From the NCBI GenBank assembly GCA_025060415.1, contig JANXBT010000001.1:36313-68312 (forward strand): DNA of 32,000 nt. The letters are read 5' to 3'. A program made the translations under genes and the position numbers. Source of the DNA: Candidatus Bipolaricaulota bacterium (GTDB lineage: Bacteria > Bipolaricaulota > Bipolaricaulia > Bipolaricaulales > Bipolaricaulaceae). Under the pieces are notes generated by a model that did not search any database, had not been told where the DNA came from, and saw only the letters and a program-made list of their open reading frames with translations. Position 1 is the stretch's first letter, and each line of letters starts with the position of its first letter. Positions 22,526-31,180 of this stretch are shown one piece after another.

Positions 22526-23631
22526 GGGCGGAAGGCCACCTTGATCCCCCGCCGGGTGAGGACCGTGCGCAGGGCGGTCCGGTAGTCCGCGAGCGGGAAG
22601 GTGTGGGTGACGATTTTCTCCAGGCCCTCCGCATCGCGCAGCGCCGTCAGAGCGTGGTGGAAGTCCTGGGCGCTGTAGGCGTAGGTGCCGAGCACGCGGA
22701 TCCCGCGGAACCAAAGGGGGGAAAGGTCGAGCCGGGACCGACCGGGCGCCCCGAGGAGGAGCACGGTCCCTCCCTCCCGGACGGCCCACAGGGCTTGGTC
22801 CAGGCTGGTGGGGCTTCCGGCGGCGTCGATGACCAGCGGGAAGCCGCCGCGCCAGGCCGGCGGGCCCAGCGGCGCGCGGTAGCTCCGCGCCCCCTGCGGC
22901 GGGGCCGCCTCCCAGGGGGAGGCGTGCACCCCCTTGCTCCCCAAGGCCCGCGCCATCTCGGCTTGCTGCCGGTGGCGGGCCACGACGTGGATGTCCCGGT
23001 GGCCGAACCACCGGAGGGCGGCCACGGCCAAAAGGCCAAGCGTTCCGGCCCCAAGGACGAGCACGGGATGGGCTTTGTCCATGGAGAGGAGGCGCAGCCC
23101 GCGGAGCACCACGGCCAAGGGTTCGGCCAAAAGCCCGCGTTCCGTGGGCATCTGGGGGGGCAAGGGGTGCACCCGATCCGGATGCACCACGATCCGTTCG
23201 CCCCAGCCGCCGGGCAAATCCCGGTGGTACCCAAGCATCCCCGGGGCAAGGCCCCCTTCCGCCACGTTTTGGCAGAGGGCCTCCTCGCCCTGGGCGCAGG
23301 CCCAGCAGGGGGGAAGGCCGCGCTCGCGGCAAGCCAGAAGGGGGTTGATGGCGGCCCGCACGCCCCCCACCTCCGCCACGATCTCGTGCCCCAGCACGGC
23401 GGGGAACGAGAAGAAGGGGGCCAAGCGGGGCGAGCTTTTCCCAAAAAGAAGGGCGAGATCGGATCCGCAGATCCCCGAAAGGAGCACCCGGCCCTTCTCC
23501 CACCCGGGCGGGGGCTCGGGCTCCGGAAGCTCGCGCAAGCGCAGGGGCAAAAGGCCGAAGGGCGTGTGCTTTCCCAGGGCGCGCGCCGCGAGGTACCGGG
23601 GGACGGAGGCCGTGTAGACGAGGGCCTTCAT
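22522..23631 (-). CDS. zinc-dependent MDR alcohol/polyol dehydrogenase family
   Basis: 369 aa. GICGSD, GHE, a structural-Zn Cys cluster (C..ERGLPPCWACAQGEEALC) and the Rossmann motif VLGAGTLGL. ATGA overlap with the upstream aldolase-like gene. Confidence 0.85.
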   Translation of the reverse strand: MKALVYTASVPRYLAARALGKHTPFGLLPLRLRELPEPEPPPGWEKGRVLLSGICGSDLALLFGKSSPRLAPFFSFPAVLGHEIVAEVGGVRAAINPLLACRERGLPPCWACAQGEEALCQNVAEGGLAPGMLGYHRDLPGGWGERIVVHPDRVHPLPPQMPTERGLLAEPLAVVLRGLRLLSMDKAHPVLVLGAGTLGLLAVAALRWFGHRDIHVVARHRQQAEMARALGSKGVHASPWEAAPPQGARSYRAPLGPPAWRGGFPLVIDAAGSPTSLDQALWAVREGGTVLLLGAPGRSRLDLSPLWFRGIRVLGTYAYSAQDFHHALTALRDAEGLEKIVTHTFPLADYRTALRTVLTRRGIKVAFRP

Positions 23632-24692
23632 GTCATGGGCACCTGGCGGACGAGCCGCCCCTCGATGCGGCGAAGGATGTCCCGCAGGGAGCGGCCGGTG
23701 ATGGTGAGGCCGTGGTTTTTGAGGCCGATCACGGCGCCCGCGGGGTCGGGGGCTTGGCGCACGAGCTCGGCCACGGACCGGGCGAGCTCATAGCTTCCGC
23801 AGGGGTAGTGGGCCTGGGTGGCGGGCACCCCGTCCATCCAGGCGTGCACGTGGATGATGGCCCCCACCTCGGGGTGCTCCCGGTAGATCATCCAGTGCTC
23901 GATGGCGTCCACGGAAACCCGACGGGGCTCGACGTGCGGGGGCACGGAGAGGACGATGCAGTTCTCCTGGGGATCGTAATCCTTGACGAGGAGGATGTCC
24001 CGGCCGATCACGCGCAGGTTGGCCTTGTCCACCCCGGAGGCCGACATCCAAAAGCGCTTGGCGTCCTTGCGCACGGAGAGGTTGCCGTAGGAGAGGCCGC
24101 CGATGCCGTAGAGCCTCTGCACGTGGCGGAAGTCCTCGGGCGGCAGGATCCGATCGAGGGGGAAAGGGGCGGGTAGGAGGTTCCAGGAGGCCAAAACCCT
24201 CCCGGCTTCGGCCAGCTCGCGGGTGAGCGCGTCCCCCTCCCAAAGCTCCGGCTCCAGGTCCGGCTCGAACCGGTTTTTGATGACCAGGGTGGCCGAGGCC
24301 ATGGGGTGGATCCGCGCCACAAGGCGCGGGAAAAAGCCCTCGCCCTCCGCCTCGCTGTAGTGCCCCAGATCCAGGGTGAAGAAGTGGGCTTCCCTCCCGG
24401 GGAGGTACACGAGGAGCATGTTGGCCAGGGTGCGCACGAGGTAGGGGTACATGGCCGACACCGGATCGGCCGGGAGCTCCGGGGCCTCCAGGAGCGAGAG
24501 CACGAAGGTGGCCTGGGCCCGGCGCCGGTAGGGCCGGGGGTTGGCCGTGGACACGAAGTTCAGCACCAGGCGGGGCGCGGGGTCCTGCGGGGCGTAGCGG
24601 TAGCCCTGCTCCTCCAGGGCCTGGGGCAATCCCGTAGCGAGGGGCCTCAGCCCGGGCGTAGGCTCGCCGTGGCAGGCAAACGTGAGGGCCAT
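23628..24692 (-). CDS. class II aldolase/adducin-domain protein with an uncharacterised ~190-aa N-terminal domain
   Basis: 354 aa. The C-terminal half has aldolase_II-like blocks (GNLSVR, WMSASGVDK, DAIEHWMIY, GAIIHVHAW, NHGLTITG). I could not assign the N-terminal half. GAGGTGG lies 5 nt upstream of ATG 24692, so the track start 24779 is rejected. Confidence 0.7.
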   Translation of the reverse strand: MALTFACHGEPTPGLRPLATGLPQALEEQGYRYAPQDPAPRLVLNFVSTANPRPYRRRAQATFVLSLLEAPELPADPVSAMYPYLVRTLANMLLVYLPGREAHFFTLDLGHYSEAEGEGFFPRLVARIHPMASATLVIKNRFEPDLEPELWEGDALTRELAEAGRVLASWNLLPAPFPLDRILPPEDFRHVQRLYGIGGLSYGNLSVRKDAKRFWMSASGVDKANLRVIGRDILLVKDYDPQENCIVLSVPPHVEPRRVSVDAIEHWMIYREHPEVGAIIHVHAWMDGVPATQAHYPCGSYELARSVAELVRQAPDPAGAVIGLKNHGLTITGRSLRDILRRIEGRLVRQVPMT

Positions 24693-24781
24693 GCAGACCA
24701 CCTCGAAACGCAGGATATCCCAAGGGCACGGGCGGGGCCAGGGTTGTGCGGGAGGGCCGCAGAGGGGAACATTGCCCATCC

Positions 24782-26455
24782 ATGCGGGTTTTGGCCCTCG
24801 CCCTCTTGGGGGTCTGGGCCTGGGCCCAAGTCCCCACCGCCCTCGTGCGGGTGGAGGTGGTGCCGCCCGCGCCGGTGCGCCCAGGTGGGGAGGCCGTGGC
24901 CCAGGTGCGGATCGACATCGCTCCCGGCTGGCACATCCACGCCCATGCTCCCTCCCAGGCCTTCCTCATCCCCACCCGGCTCGAGTGGGATTGGCCGGAG
25001 GGCTTCACGGGCGAGGAGCGCTGGCCCGCCCCGGAGATCCGCCGGCTCCGTTTTTCCCAGGCCCCCTTGGAGCTCTACGAGGGCGTGATCGCGGTGGAGC
25101 TGCGGATCCGCGCGGGGGCCGGGGTCGCCCCGGCCACCTACCGGATCCGCGGAAGGCTCCGCTACCAGGCTTGCAGCGACGAGGTGTGCGTCCCGCCGGC
25201 GAGCGTGGAGGTGGAGCTCCCCGTGGAGGTCGTCCCGGGCGGGGCGGCCCCTCCCGGGCCGGGCGCCGGCTTCGCCCGCGGGTTCCTGTGGGCCCTGGGC
25301 GCCGCGTTCCTGGTGGGGTTGGGGTTGAACCTCACCCCCTGCGTGTACCCCATGGTGCCCGTGACGGTGGCCTACTTCGCGAAGGTCGCGGGGCAGCGGG
25401 TCCTGGGCACGCTGGGCCTGGCCCTGGCCTACCTTTTGGGCCTCGCCCTCACGTATTCCGCGCTGGGGGCCTTGGCCGCGCTGGGAGGGGGGCTTTTGGG
25501 CATGGCCCTCCAGCACCCCGCGGTGCTCGCCTTCCTGGCGGCGGTGATGGTGGCCCTCGCCCTGAGCTTCTTTGGGGTCTACACCCTGCGGGCTCCGGCC
25601 GCGCTCCTTCGGCGCCTGCCCCGGGCCCAGGCCGGCCCCTGGGGGGCGTTCCTCATGGGCGCGGTGGTGGGCCTGGTGGCCGCGCCCTGCGTGGGCCCCG
25701 CCACGGTGGCCTTCCTCTCCTACGTGGCCAGCCTCGGCGACCCCCTCAAGGGGTTCGTCCTCTTCTTCGCCCTGGCCCTGGGGCTGGGCCTCCCCTACGT
25801 GGGTTTGGCCCTCCTTTCCGGGAAGCTCCGGCGCCTGCCCCGGGCCGGCCCCTGGACGGTGTGGGTGGAGCACCTCCTTGGGTTCCTCCTCTTGGGGATG
25901 GCCTTGTACTTCCTTTCCCCACTCCTGCCCGAGCTGGGCCTGCGGGTGGGGATCGGCCTTCTCGCCGGCGGGGGCGGCCTCTTCCTCCTCGCCTCCGGGC
26001 TGCGCCGGCGCAGCCGGGTCGTGGCCGTCCTGAGCGCGCTGGTCGCGGCCGCCGGCCTGGGGGTAGGGGTGCGCTGGGGGCTCCCGGCGCGCCGCGCCCC
26101 GGAGATCCCCTGGGTTCCCTACAGCGCCGCGGCCCTCGCCCAGGCGCAGGAGCGGGGCACGCCCGTTCTCCTCTACTTTTCCGCGGAATGGTGCATCCCC
26201 TGTAAGGAGCTGGCGGCCACGACGTTCCGCGACGCCCAGGTGCACAGGGAGCTGGCCGCCTGGACGCCGGTGAAGGTGGACCTCACCGAGGTGAGCCCTG
26301 AGGAGGAGGCCCTGCGGCGGCGGTTCGGGGTGGTGGGGGTGCCCACCCTGATCTTCTTGGGGCCCCAAGGGGAGGAGCGGGGGCGCCTGTTCGGCTACGT
26401 CGATGCCCGGGGGTTCTTGGCCGCCCTGCAGCGGGCCTACCCCCGCCCGGGCTGA
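24782..26455 (+). CDS. dsbD: thiol:disulfide interchange protein DsbD (three-domain)
   Basis: Signal peptide MRVLALALLGVWAWA, an N-terminal DsbD-alpha-like domain with YQACSDEVCVPP, a CcdA-type membrane core (NLTPCVYPMVP, APCVGP), and a C-terminal thioredoxin fold with WCIPCK. Confidence 0.9.
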   Translation: MRVLALALLGVWAWAQVPTALVRVEVVPPAPVRPGGEAVAQVRIDIAPGWHIHAHAPSQAFLIPTRLEWDWPEGFTGEERWPAPEIRRLRFSQAPLELYEGVIAVELRIRAGAGVAPATYRIRGRLRYQACSDEVCVPPASVEVELPVEVVPGGAAPPGPGAGFARGFLWALGAAFLVGLGLNLTPCVYPMVPVTVAYFAKVAGQRVLGTLGLALAYLLGLALTYSALGALAALGGGLLGMALQHPAVLAFLAAVMVALALSFFGVYTLRAPAALLRRLPRAQAGPWGAFLMGAVVGLVAAPCVGPATVAFLSYVASLGDPLKGFVLFFALALGLGLPYVGLALLSGKLRRLPRAGPWTVWVEHLLGFLLLGMALYFLSPLLPELGLRVGIGLLAGGGGLFLLASGLRRRSRVVAVLSALVAAAGLGVGVRWGLPARRAPEIPWVPYSAAALAQAQERGTPVLLYFSAEWCIPCKELAATTFRDAQVHRELAAWTPVKVDLTEVSPEEEALRRRFGVVGVPTLIFLGPQGEERGRLFGYVDARGFLAALQRAYPRPG

Positions 26456-27423
26456 GCCGAGGCCTGGAGCTCCGCCAGGAGCGCCCGTGCCTCCGCCCAA
26501 GCCCTCTCCGCCAGAACCGGGGAGATGAGCCCCTCCGCGGCCTTCTTCTCCAGGACCTCCGCGTCCAGAAGGCGGAGCTCCCCGCCCACGCGGGCGATGT
26601 CGATCTCCAGGTCCAGGTAGCGGATCTCGCCGGGCAGGAACTCGGGGGGCGTTTGGATGTTGTAGATCTCGCCGAGGAGCTCGCCGTTGGCGCGGAAGTA
26701 GGTGCGGCGGCTCCACCACCGGTCCGGAAGGAACTCCACGTAGCCTTGGTCGCCCGCGTTTTTGGGGAGGCCCAGCCCGTCGTAGGTGCCCCCGGCTCGG
26801 AAGGCGCGGCGCACCACCACCCGCCCCCGCTGGGCCTCCACAAGCTCCCCGCCCTGCCGGATCGGGGCCTCCCCAGCCTTCCCGTGCACGATGCTCACCG
26901 GCCTTCCCGGCGCGTAGTGGGCCCAGATAAGCTCCTCCTCTAAAACCTGGGCCAGCGCCGCCTCCCCCTTGGCCTCGGCCTCGTCCACGCGCGCGGGATC
27001 GAGGGTTTTCAGGAGGTGGTGTCCGGGCAGGGTGAAGAGGACCTCCGCCCGCACCCGGTCGAGGAGGTCCTTGGCGGGTTTGGGGAAGTCCCCTTCGGCC
27101 CGGGCGAGCAGGGCCGCCGCGGCGGCCAGGGGGCCCTCCTTGCGCGGCCTCGGGGGCGGGGCCTGCCAGCTGAACACCGCCCAGGGGATCCTCTCCCGCA
27201 AAAACGCCACCACCTCCTCCGCCGCGCTCCGCACCCCTTCGATCACGATCCCGTGCCGGTCCGGCCGGTCCTGGATCGTCACCTCCGCGGGGCCCTCCGC
27301 CGGGCTCAGCCCGAACCGGGCCTGGATCACCTCGCTCGGCTCCACCAGGGCGAAGCGCTCCCGCAAGAGGGCGGTGAGGGCGGTGGCGTAGATCCCGCGC
27401 ACGCGCACCCTAACGGGGCTCAT
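26437..27423 (-). CDS. FAU-1-like / DUF402-domain protein (putative RNA-binding ribonuclease or nucleotide phosphatase)
   Basis: 328 aa. From memory, the N-terminus MSPVRVRVRGIYATALTALL resembles archaeal FAU-1. The C-terminal ~110 aa (RWWSRRTYFRANGELLGEIYNIQTPP...IRYLDLEIDIARVGGELRLLDAEVL) fits the DUF402 pattern. 14-nt overlap with rtcA. Confidence 0.55.
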   Translation of the reverse strand: MSPVRVRVRGIYATALTALLRERFALVEPSEVIQARFGLSPAEGPAEVTIQDRPDRHGIVIEGVRSAAEEVVAFLRERIPWAVFSWQAPPPRPRKEGPLAAAAALLARAEGDFPKPAKDLLDRVRAEVLFTLPGHHLLKTLDPARVDEAEAKGEAALAQVLEEELIWAHYAPGRPVSIVHGKAGEAPIRQGGELVEAQRGRVVVRRAFRAGGTYDGLGLPKNAGDQGYVEFLPDRWWSRRTYFRANGELLGEIYNIQTPPEFLPGEIRYLDLEIDIARVGGELRLLDAEVLEKKAAEGLISPVLAERAWAEARALLAELQASAQPGRG

Positions 27424-28453
27424 ACCCGATGCCCTGGAGGGTCAGGCGCTTGCCCTCGAGCTTCCAACGCACCCCAAGCAGGCCCTCCACCAGCCACAGG
27501 TTGGCCTCCACGTGGTCGGTGACCGCGGGCACAAGATAGGCGGATTCGCCCTTGGCCAGGGCCGCGTAGAGGATGAGCTGGTCGGCGAGGTGGCGGTCCA
27601 CGGTGGCCCCGGCCTCGAGGTCCTCGAGGAGCGCGCGGGCCACGTATTCGGCGATGGCCTCGGCGGGGCGACCGGGGGCGCCGGCCTGGTCCGCCCCCAG
27701 GCGCGCGCCGGCCTGGTCCTCGGCGATCAGGGCCAAGGCGGCCCCGGGTTGGATGGCGCTCTCGTCGTGTTCGATCCGAAAGTCCGCGGAGATCCCCCGG
27801 CGCGCCAGCTCCTCCTGGCAGCGGCGGGCCATGCGCTCCGCCACCCGCCGCTCCCGCAGGTGCGAGTCCAGGGCCAGGCCCCAAAAGCGCAGGGGCTTGC
27901 GGAGCTCCTCCCGGCGGAGCGGCGCCAAAGGGCCGCGGAGCGGCTGGACCCGAAGCTCGATCTCCCCTCCGCCCTTGGGCACGTACCCCGGCCGGAGGAC
28001 GCGGAGCTCAGCCCTCAGCCCCATCCCCTGCAGGGCGGGGAGGAGCACGTGCTGGGTGTGGAAAGCGGAGGGCGCGAAGTCCTGAAAGAGGCCGCCCCGG
28101 ATGCGGAAGGCGCAGGGCCGTCGGGCGAAGGCGGCGATGGGGAGGAGGGTGAGGGCGAGCATGGTGGTGGAGCCGGCGGTGCCGATGTCCCAGGTGAAGT
28201 CCCCGCCCAGGGCCGCGGCCCTGGGGCGGAAGAGGATCTCTCGGCTGCCCACCTCTGCGCCCTCGAGCTCCCCCTGGACCAGGGCGGCCGCGGCCTCCAC
28301 GGCCCGCAGGTGCTGGGGCCGCAGGCCCGGGTTGTCCCGCTTGGCGCGGATGTTGTAGATCCGGATGGGCTCGCCCAGGAGGGCCGCCAGGACCACCCCG
28401 GTGCGCACCAGGGTCCCGCTCCCCGACTTCTGCCCGCCGTCCACCGTCCACAT
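27410..28453 (-). CDS. rtcA: RNA 3'-terminal phosphate cyclase
   Basis: 347 aa. N-terminus VDGGQKSGSGTLVRTGVVLAALLGEPIRIYNIRAKRDNPGLRPQHL and the active-site His context DRHLADQLILYAAL match the RtcA family pattern. Confidence 0.85.
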   Translation of the reverse strand: MWTVDGGQKSGSGTLVRTGVVLAALLGEPIRIYNIRAKRDNPGLRPQHLRAVEAAAALVQGELEGAEVGSREILFRPRAAALGGDFTWDIGTAGSTTMLALTLLPIAAFARRPCAFRIRGGLFQDFAPSAFHTQHVLLPALQGMGLRAELRVLRPGYVPKGGGEIELRVQPLRGPLAPLRREELRKPLRFWGLALDSHLRERRVAERMARRCQEELARRGISADFRIEHDESAIQPGAALALIAEDQAGARLGADQAGAPGRPAEAIAEYVARALLEDLEAGATVDRHLADQLILYAALAKGESAYLVPAVTDHVEANLWLVEGLLGVRWKLEGKRLTLQGIGYEPR

Positions 28454-28474
28454 CGGGCCCCAAGTTTAGGGCGC

Positions 28475-29233
28475 CTAGTTGCGCAGGGAAATGAGGCGGA
28501 GGCCCTCCAGGGTGAGCCAGGGGTCCACGGCCTCCACCTCGGAGAGGAGCGGCGCCAGGAGGGAGGCCCATTCGCCCGTGGCCACGGCCCGCGCCGTCCC
28601 CCCAAGCTCCGCGCGCATGCGCCGCACCACCCCGTCCACCAGGGCCGCGTGCCCCAGGACGGCCCCGGCCTGGACGGCGGCGAGGGTGTTTTTCCCCAGG
28701 GCGCTGGGGGGCAACGCCAGGGGGACGCGGGGGAGCTGGGCCGTGCGCTCCGCCAGGGCCTCCAGGCCCAGGGCCAAGCCGGGGGCGATGGCCACGCCCA
28801 CCAGGGCGCCCGGCGCGGCCACGGCCACGAAGCTCGTGGCGGTGCCGAAGTCCACGGCGATGCAGTTCCCCTGGAAGCGGGCGTAGGCGGCCACGGCGTT
28901 GGCCACGAGGTCCGCCCCCACCTCGCTGGGGTGGTCCGTGCGGATGGCCAGCCCCGTGCGCACCCCCGGCCCCACCACCAGCACCTCCGCGCCCAGCCAG
29001 CCCTCCCCCAGCTCCCGGAACACCGGCACCAGCGGGGGCACGGCGCTGGCCACCACCACCCGCGTGATCCGCTCCTCCAGGCCCCGCGCCCGCAGGAGCT
29101 CCCGGAGGAGCACCGCGTACTCGTCCGCGGTCTTGCCGGGAACGGTGCGCAGCCGGAACCGGGCCCGCCAGCCGGCGCCGTCGTGGCAGCCCAGGCTGAT
29201 CAGGGTGTTCCCGATGTCGACGGCCAAAAGCAC
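28475..29233 (-). CDS. coaX: type III pantothenate kinase
   Basis: 252 aa from GTG 29233 (VLLAVDIGNTLISLG...). DFGTATSF and the ASKHA fold pattern. The 575-aa track ORF (to 30202) is an alternate-frame read-through artefact. The start is 1 nt after the upstream stop. Confidence 0.85.
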   Translation of the reverse strand: MLLAVDIGNTLISLGCHDGAGWRARFRLRTVPGKTADEYAVLLRELLRARGLEERITRVVVASAVPPLVPVFRELGEGWLGAEVLVVGPGVRTGLAIRTDHPSEVGADLVANAVAAYARFQGNCIAVDFGTATSFVAVAAPGALVGVAIAPGLALGLEALAERTAQLPRVPLALPPSALGKNTLAAVQAGAVLGHAALVDGVVRRMRAELGGTARAVATGEWASLLAPLLSEVEAVDPWLTLEGLRLISLRN

Positions 29234-29234
29234 G

Positions 29235-29648
29235 TCAGGACGGGGGGAGCTCCTGGACCAGCTCCTCGTACACCGCTTCCTCGATGTAGATGGGCGAGCC
29301 GGTGCGGAGGGCCAGGGCCACGGAGTCCGAGGGCCGGGCGTCCACCCGCACCCGCTCCCCGCTTTCCTTGCGGATGTGGAGGGAGGCGTAGCAGATCCCC
29401 TCCTCCAGCCGGTCCAGCACCACCTCCTCCAGCGTGGCCTCCAGGGCCGCGAGCACGGCGGAGAGGAGGTCGTGGGTGAGGGGGCGCGGGGGCGCGGTGC
29501 CTTCCAGCCCGATGAGGATGGCCACGGCCTCCGCCTCCCCAATCCGCAGGGGCACGAAATGCTCTTCCTCGTTGGGGTCGCGCAGAAGGAGCACCGGCCC
29601 CCCGCTTTCCTGGTCCACGGCGATGCCCGCCACCACCAATTCCCGCAT
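29235..29648 (-). CDS. bifunctional nuclease (DUF151/BFN) domain protein
   Basis: 137 aa. VLLLRDPNEEEHFVPLRIGEAEAVAILIGLEGTAPPRPLTHDLL...VDARPSDSVALALRTGSPIYIEE is the DUF151 signature layout. Confidence 0.8.
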   Translation of the reverse strand: MRELVVAGIAVDQESGGPVLLLRDPNEEEHFVPLRIGEAEAVAILIGLEGTAPPRPLTHDLLSAVLAALEATLEEVVLDRLEEGICYASLHIRKESGERVRVDARPSDSVALALRTGSPIYIEEAVYEELVQELPPS

Positions 29649-29727
29649 GTTCCTTTCTCACCCCCGGGGCCGAAACGCGGCCCGTTTCGTCGTCCATGAT
29701 ACGGGGGGCCCGGGGGCGGGACCAGGC

Positions 29728-30390
29728 TCAGCCGGAGACGTTGAGCTCCTCCATCCTCCCCGTGACCACGAAGATCACCCGCTCGCAGATGTTCGTGACC
29801 AGGTCCGCGAAGCGCTCGAGGTTGTGGCTGGCCCACATGAGGTAGGTGGCCTGGGTGATGTTGCGGGGCTCCTGGATCATGAGGAGGAAGAGTTCCCGGT
29901 GGACCTGGTCGTGGAGGGCGTCCACCTCGTCGTCGCGGAGGGCGATGCGGCGGGCGGCCTCGGCGTCGCGCCGGCGCAGGGCGTCCAGGGCCCCCTCCAG
30001 CATCCCCAGCGCCAGCTCCGTCATGCGCGGAATGTCCACCAGCGGCTTGATCAGGGGGGTTTTCCCGATGAGGAGGGTGATGCGGGCCAGGCCCGCGGCA
30101 TGATCGCCCATGCGTTCCAGGTCCGTCACGATGTGCATGAGGGCCGTGATCAAGCGTAGGTCGGAGGCCATGGGCTGCTGGGTGGCCAAGAGCTCCAGGC
30201 ACTTCTCCTCGATGGCGAAGCGCTGGCGGTTGATCTCCAGGTCCCCGCTCACCACGGCCTGGGCGAGCTCGAGGTCCTGGGCCTTGAGGCTGTGCAGGGC
30301 GTGGCGGAGGGCCTGGGCCACCGCCCGCCCCAGCCCCTCCACCTCCGCCTCCAGGGCCTGCAGGCTGCGAACCAACCCTTCCCGTACCAT
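29728..30390 (-). CDS. phoU: phosphate signalling complex protein PhoU
   Basis: 220 aa with a two-repeat PhoU fold (DLERMGDHA and NLERFADLV). AAGGAG lies 7 nt upstream of ATG 30390. The track start (TTG 30411) overlaps pstB and is rejected. Confidence 0.9.
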   Translation of the reverse strand: MVREGLVRSLQALEAEVEGLGRAVAQALRHALHSLKAQDLELAQAVVSGDLEINRQRFAIEEKCLELLATQQPMASDLRLITALMHIVTDLERMGDHAAGLARITLLIGKTPLIKPLVDIPRMTELALGMLEGALDALRRRDAEAARRIALRDDEVDALHDQVHRELFLLMIQEPRNITQATYLMWASHNLERFADLVTNICERVIFVVTGRMEELNVSG

Positions 30391-30403
30391 CCCGGGCTCC
30401 TTT

Positions 30404-31180
30404 TCAGCCAAAGCGGCCGGTGATGTAGGCCTCCGTGCGGGGGTCCTTGGGCCGGGTGAAGAGCTCCCGCGTGGGCCCGTACTCCACCAGCTCCCCCAGG
30501 AGCAAAAAGGCCGTGTAGTCGCTCACCCGCGCCGCCTGCTGCATGTTGTGGGTCACGATGACGATGGTCACGGAGGAGGAGAGCTCGCGGATGAGGTCCT
30601 CGATCTTGGCCGTGGCCACGGGGTCCAGGGCCGAGCAGGGCTCGTCCATGAGGAGCACCTCGGGCTCCACGGCCAGGGCCCGGGCGATGCACAGCCGCTG
30701 CTGCTGCCCCCCGGAGAGGTCGTAGCCCGTCTTGCGATGGAGGTCGTCCTTCACCTCGTCCCACAGGGCCGCCCGGCGCAGCGCCCACTCCACCCGCTCC
30801 CGCAGGTTCCCCCGGAACCCGTTCACCCGCAGCCCGAAGGCCACGTTCTCGAAGATGCTCTTGGGGAAGGGGTTGGGCTTTTGGAACACCATGCCGATCC
30901 GGCGCCGGATCTCCACGGGGTCCACTTTAGGGTCGTAGACGTTGAGGCCCCGGAAGAGGATGGCCCCCTCCGCCCGGAACCCGGGGATGAGGTCGTTCAT
31001 GCGGTTGATGGACCGGATGAGCGTGCTTTTGCCGCAGCCGGAGGGGCCGATGATGGCGGTGACCCGGCGCTCCGGGATCTCCAGGGTCACGCCCCGCAGG
31101 ACCTGGGCCTTCCCGTACCAGGCGGAAAACCCCTGTATAGCGAGCACCGGCGAGGGCACCTCATCCCAATAGATCGTCAT
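30404..31180 (-). CDS. pstB: phosphate ABC transporter ATP-binding protein
   Basis: Walker [10 protein letters not shown], signature LSGGQQQRL, Walker [12 protein letters not shown]. The ATG at 31180 overlaps the pstA stop (ATGA) and is preceded by GGAGGTG. Confidence 0.92.
   Translation of the reverse strand: MTIYWDEVPSPVLAIQGFSAWYGKAQVLRGVTLEIPERRVTAIIGPSGCGKSTLIRSINRMNDLIPGFRAEGAILFRGLNVYDPKVDPVEIRRRIGMVFQKPNPFPKSIFENVAFGLRVNGFRGNLRERVEWALRRAALWDEVKDDLHRKTGYDLSGGQQQRLCIARALAVEPEVLLMDEPCSALDPVATAKIEDLIRELSSSVTIVIVTHNMQQAARVSDYTAFLLLGELVEYGPTRELFTRPKDPRTEAYITGRFG

Noticed and set aside
21482-23503. Very long alternate-frame or antisense ORFs in the track: 673 aa at 21482-23503 (-), 521 aa at 5458-7023 (-), 690 aa at 24647-26719 (-), 655 aa at 27512-29479 (+), 575 aa at 28475-30202 (-), 530 aa at 7539-9131 (-), and similar.
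   Set aside because: Their translations are dominated by Arg/Pro/Gly/Ala runs with no recognisable motifs, as expected from stop-codon depletion in >65% GC DNA. Each one overlaps an ORF in another frame or strand that has clear family motifs and an SD-supported start. Only the C-terminal 92 codons of 5458-7023 (the MoaD-like protein) and the 3' 252 codons of 28475-30202 (coaX) are kept.
29671-29689. Hairpin CGAAACG-CGGCC-CGTTTCG in the phoU/DUF151 spacer, as a terminator.
   Set aside because: The stem is only 7 bp and no U-tract follows on the transcribed (minus) strand. It may be incidental, and the spacer also lacks a convincing promoter.
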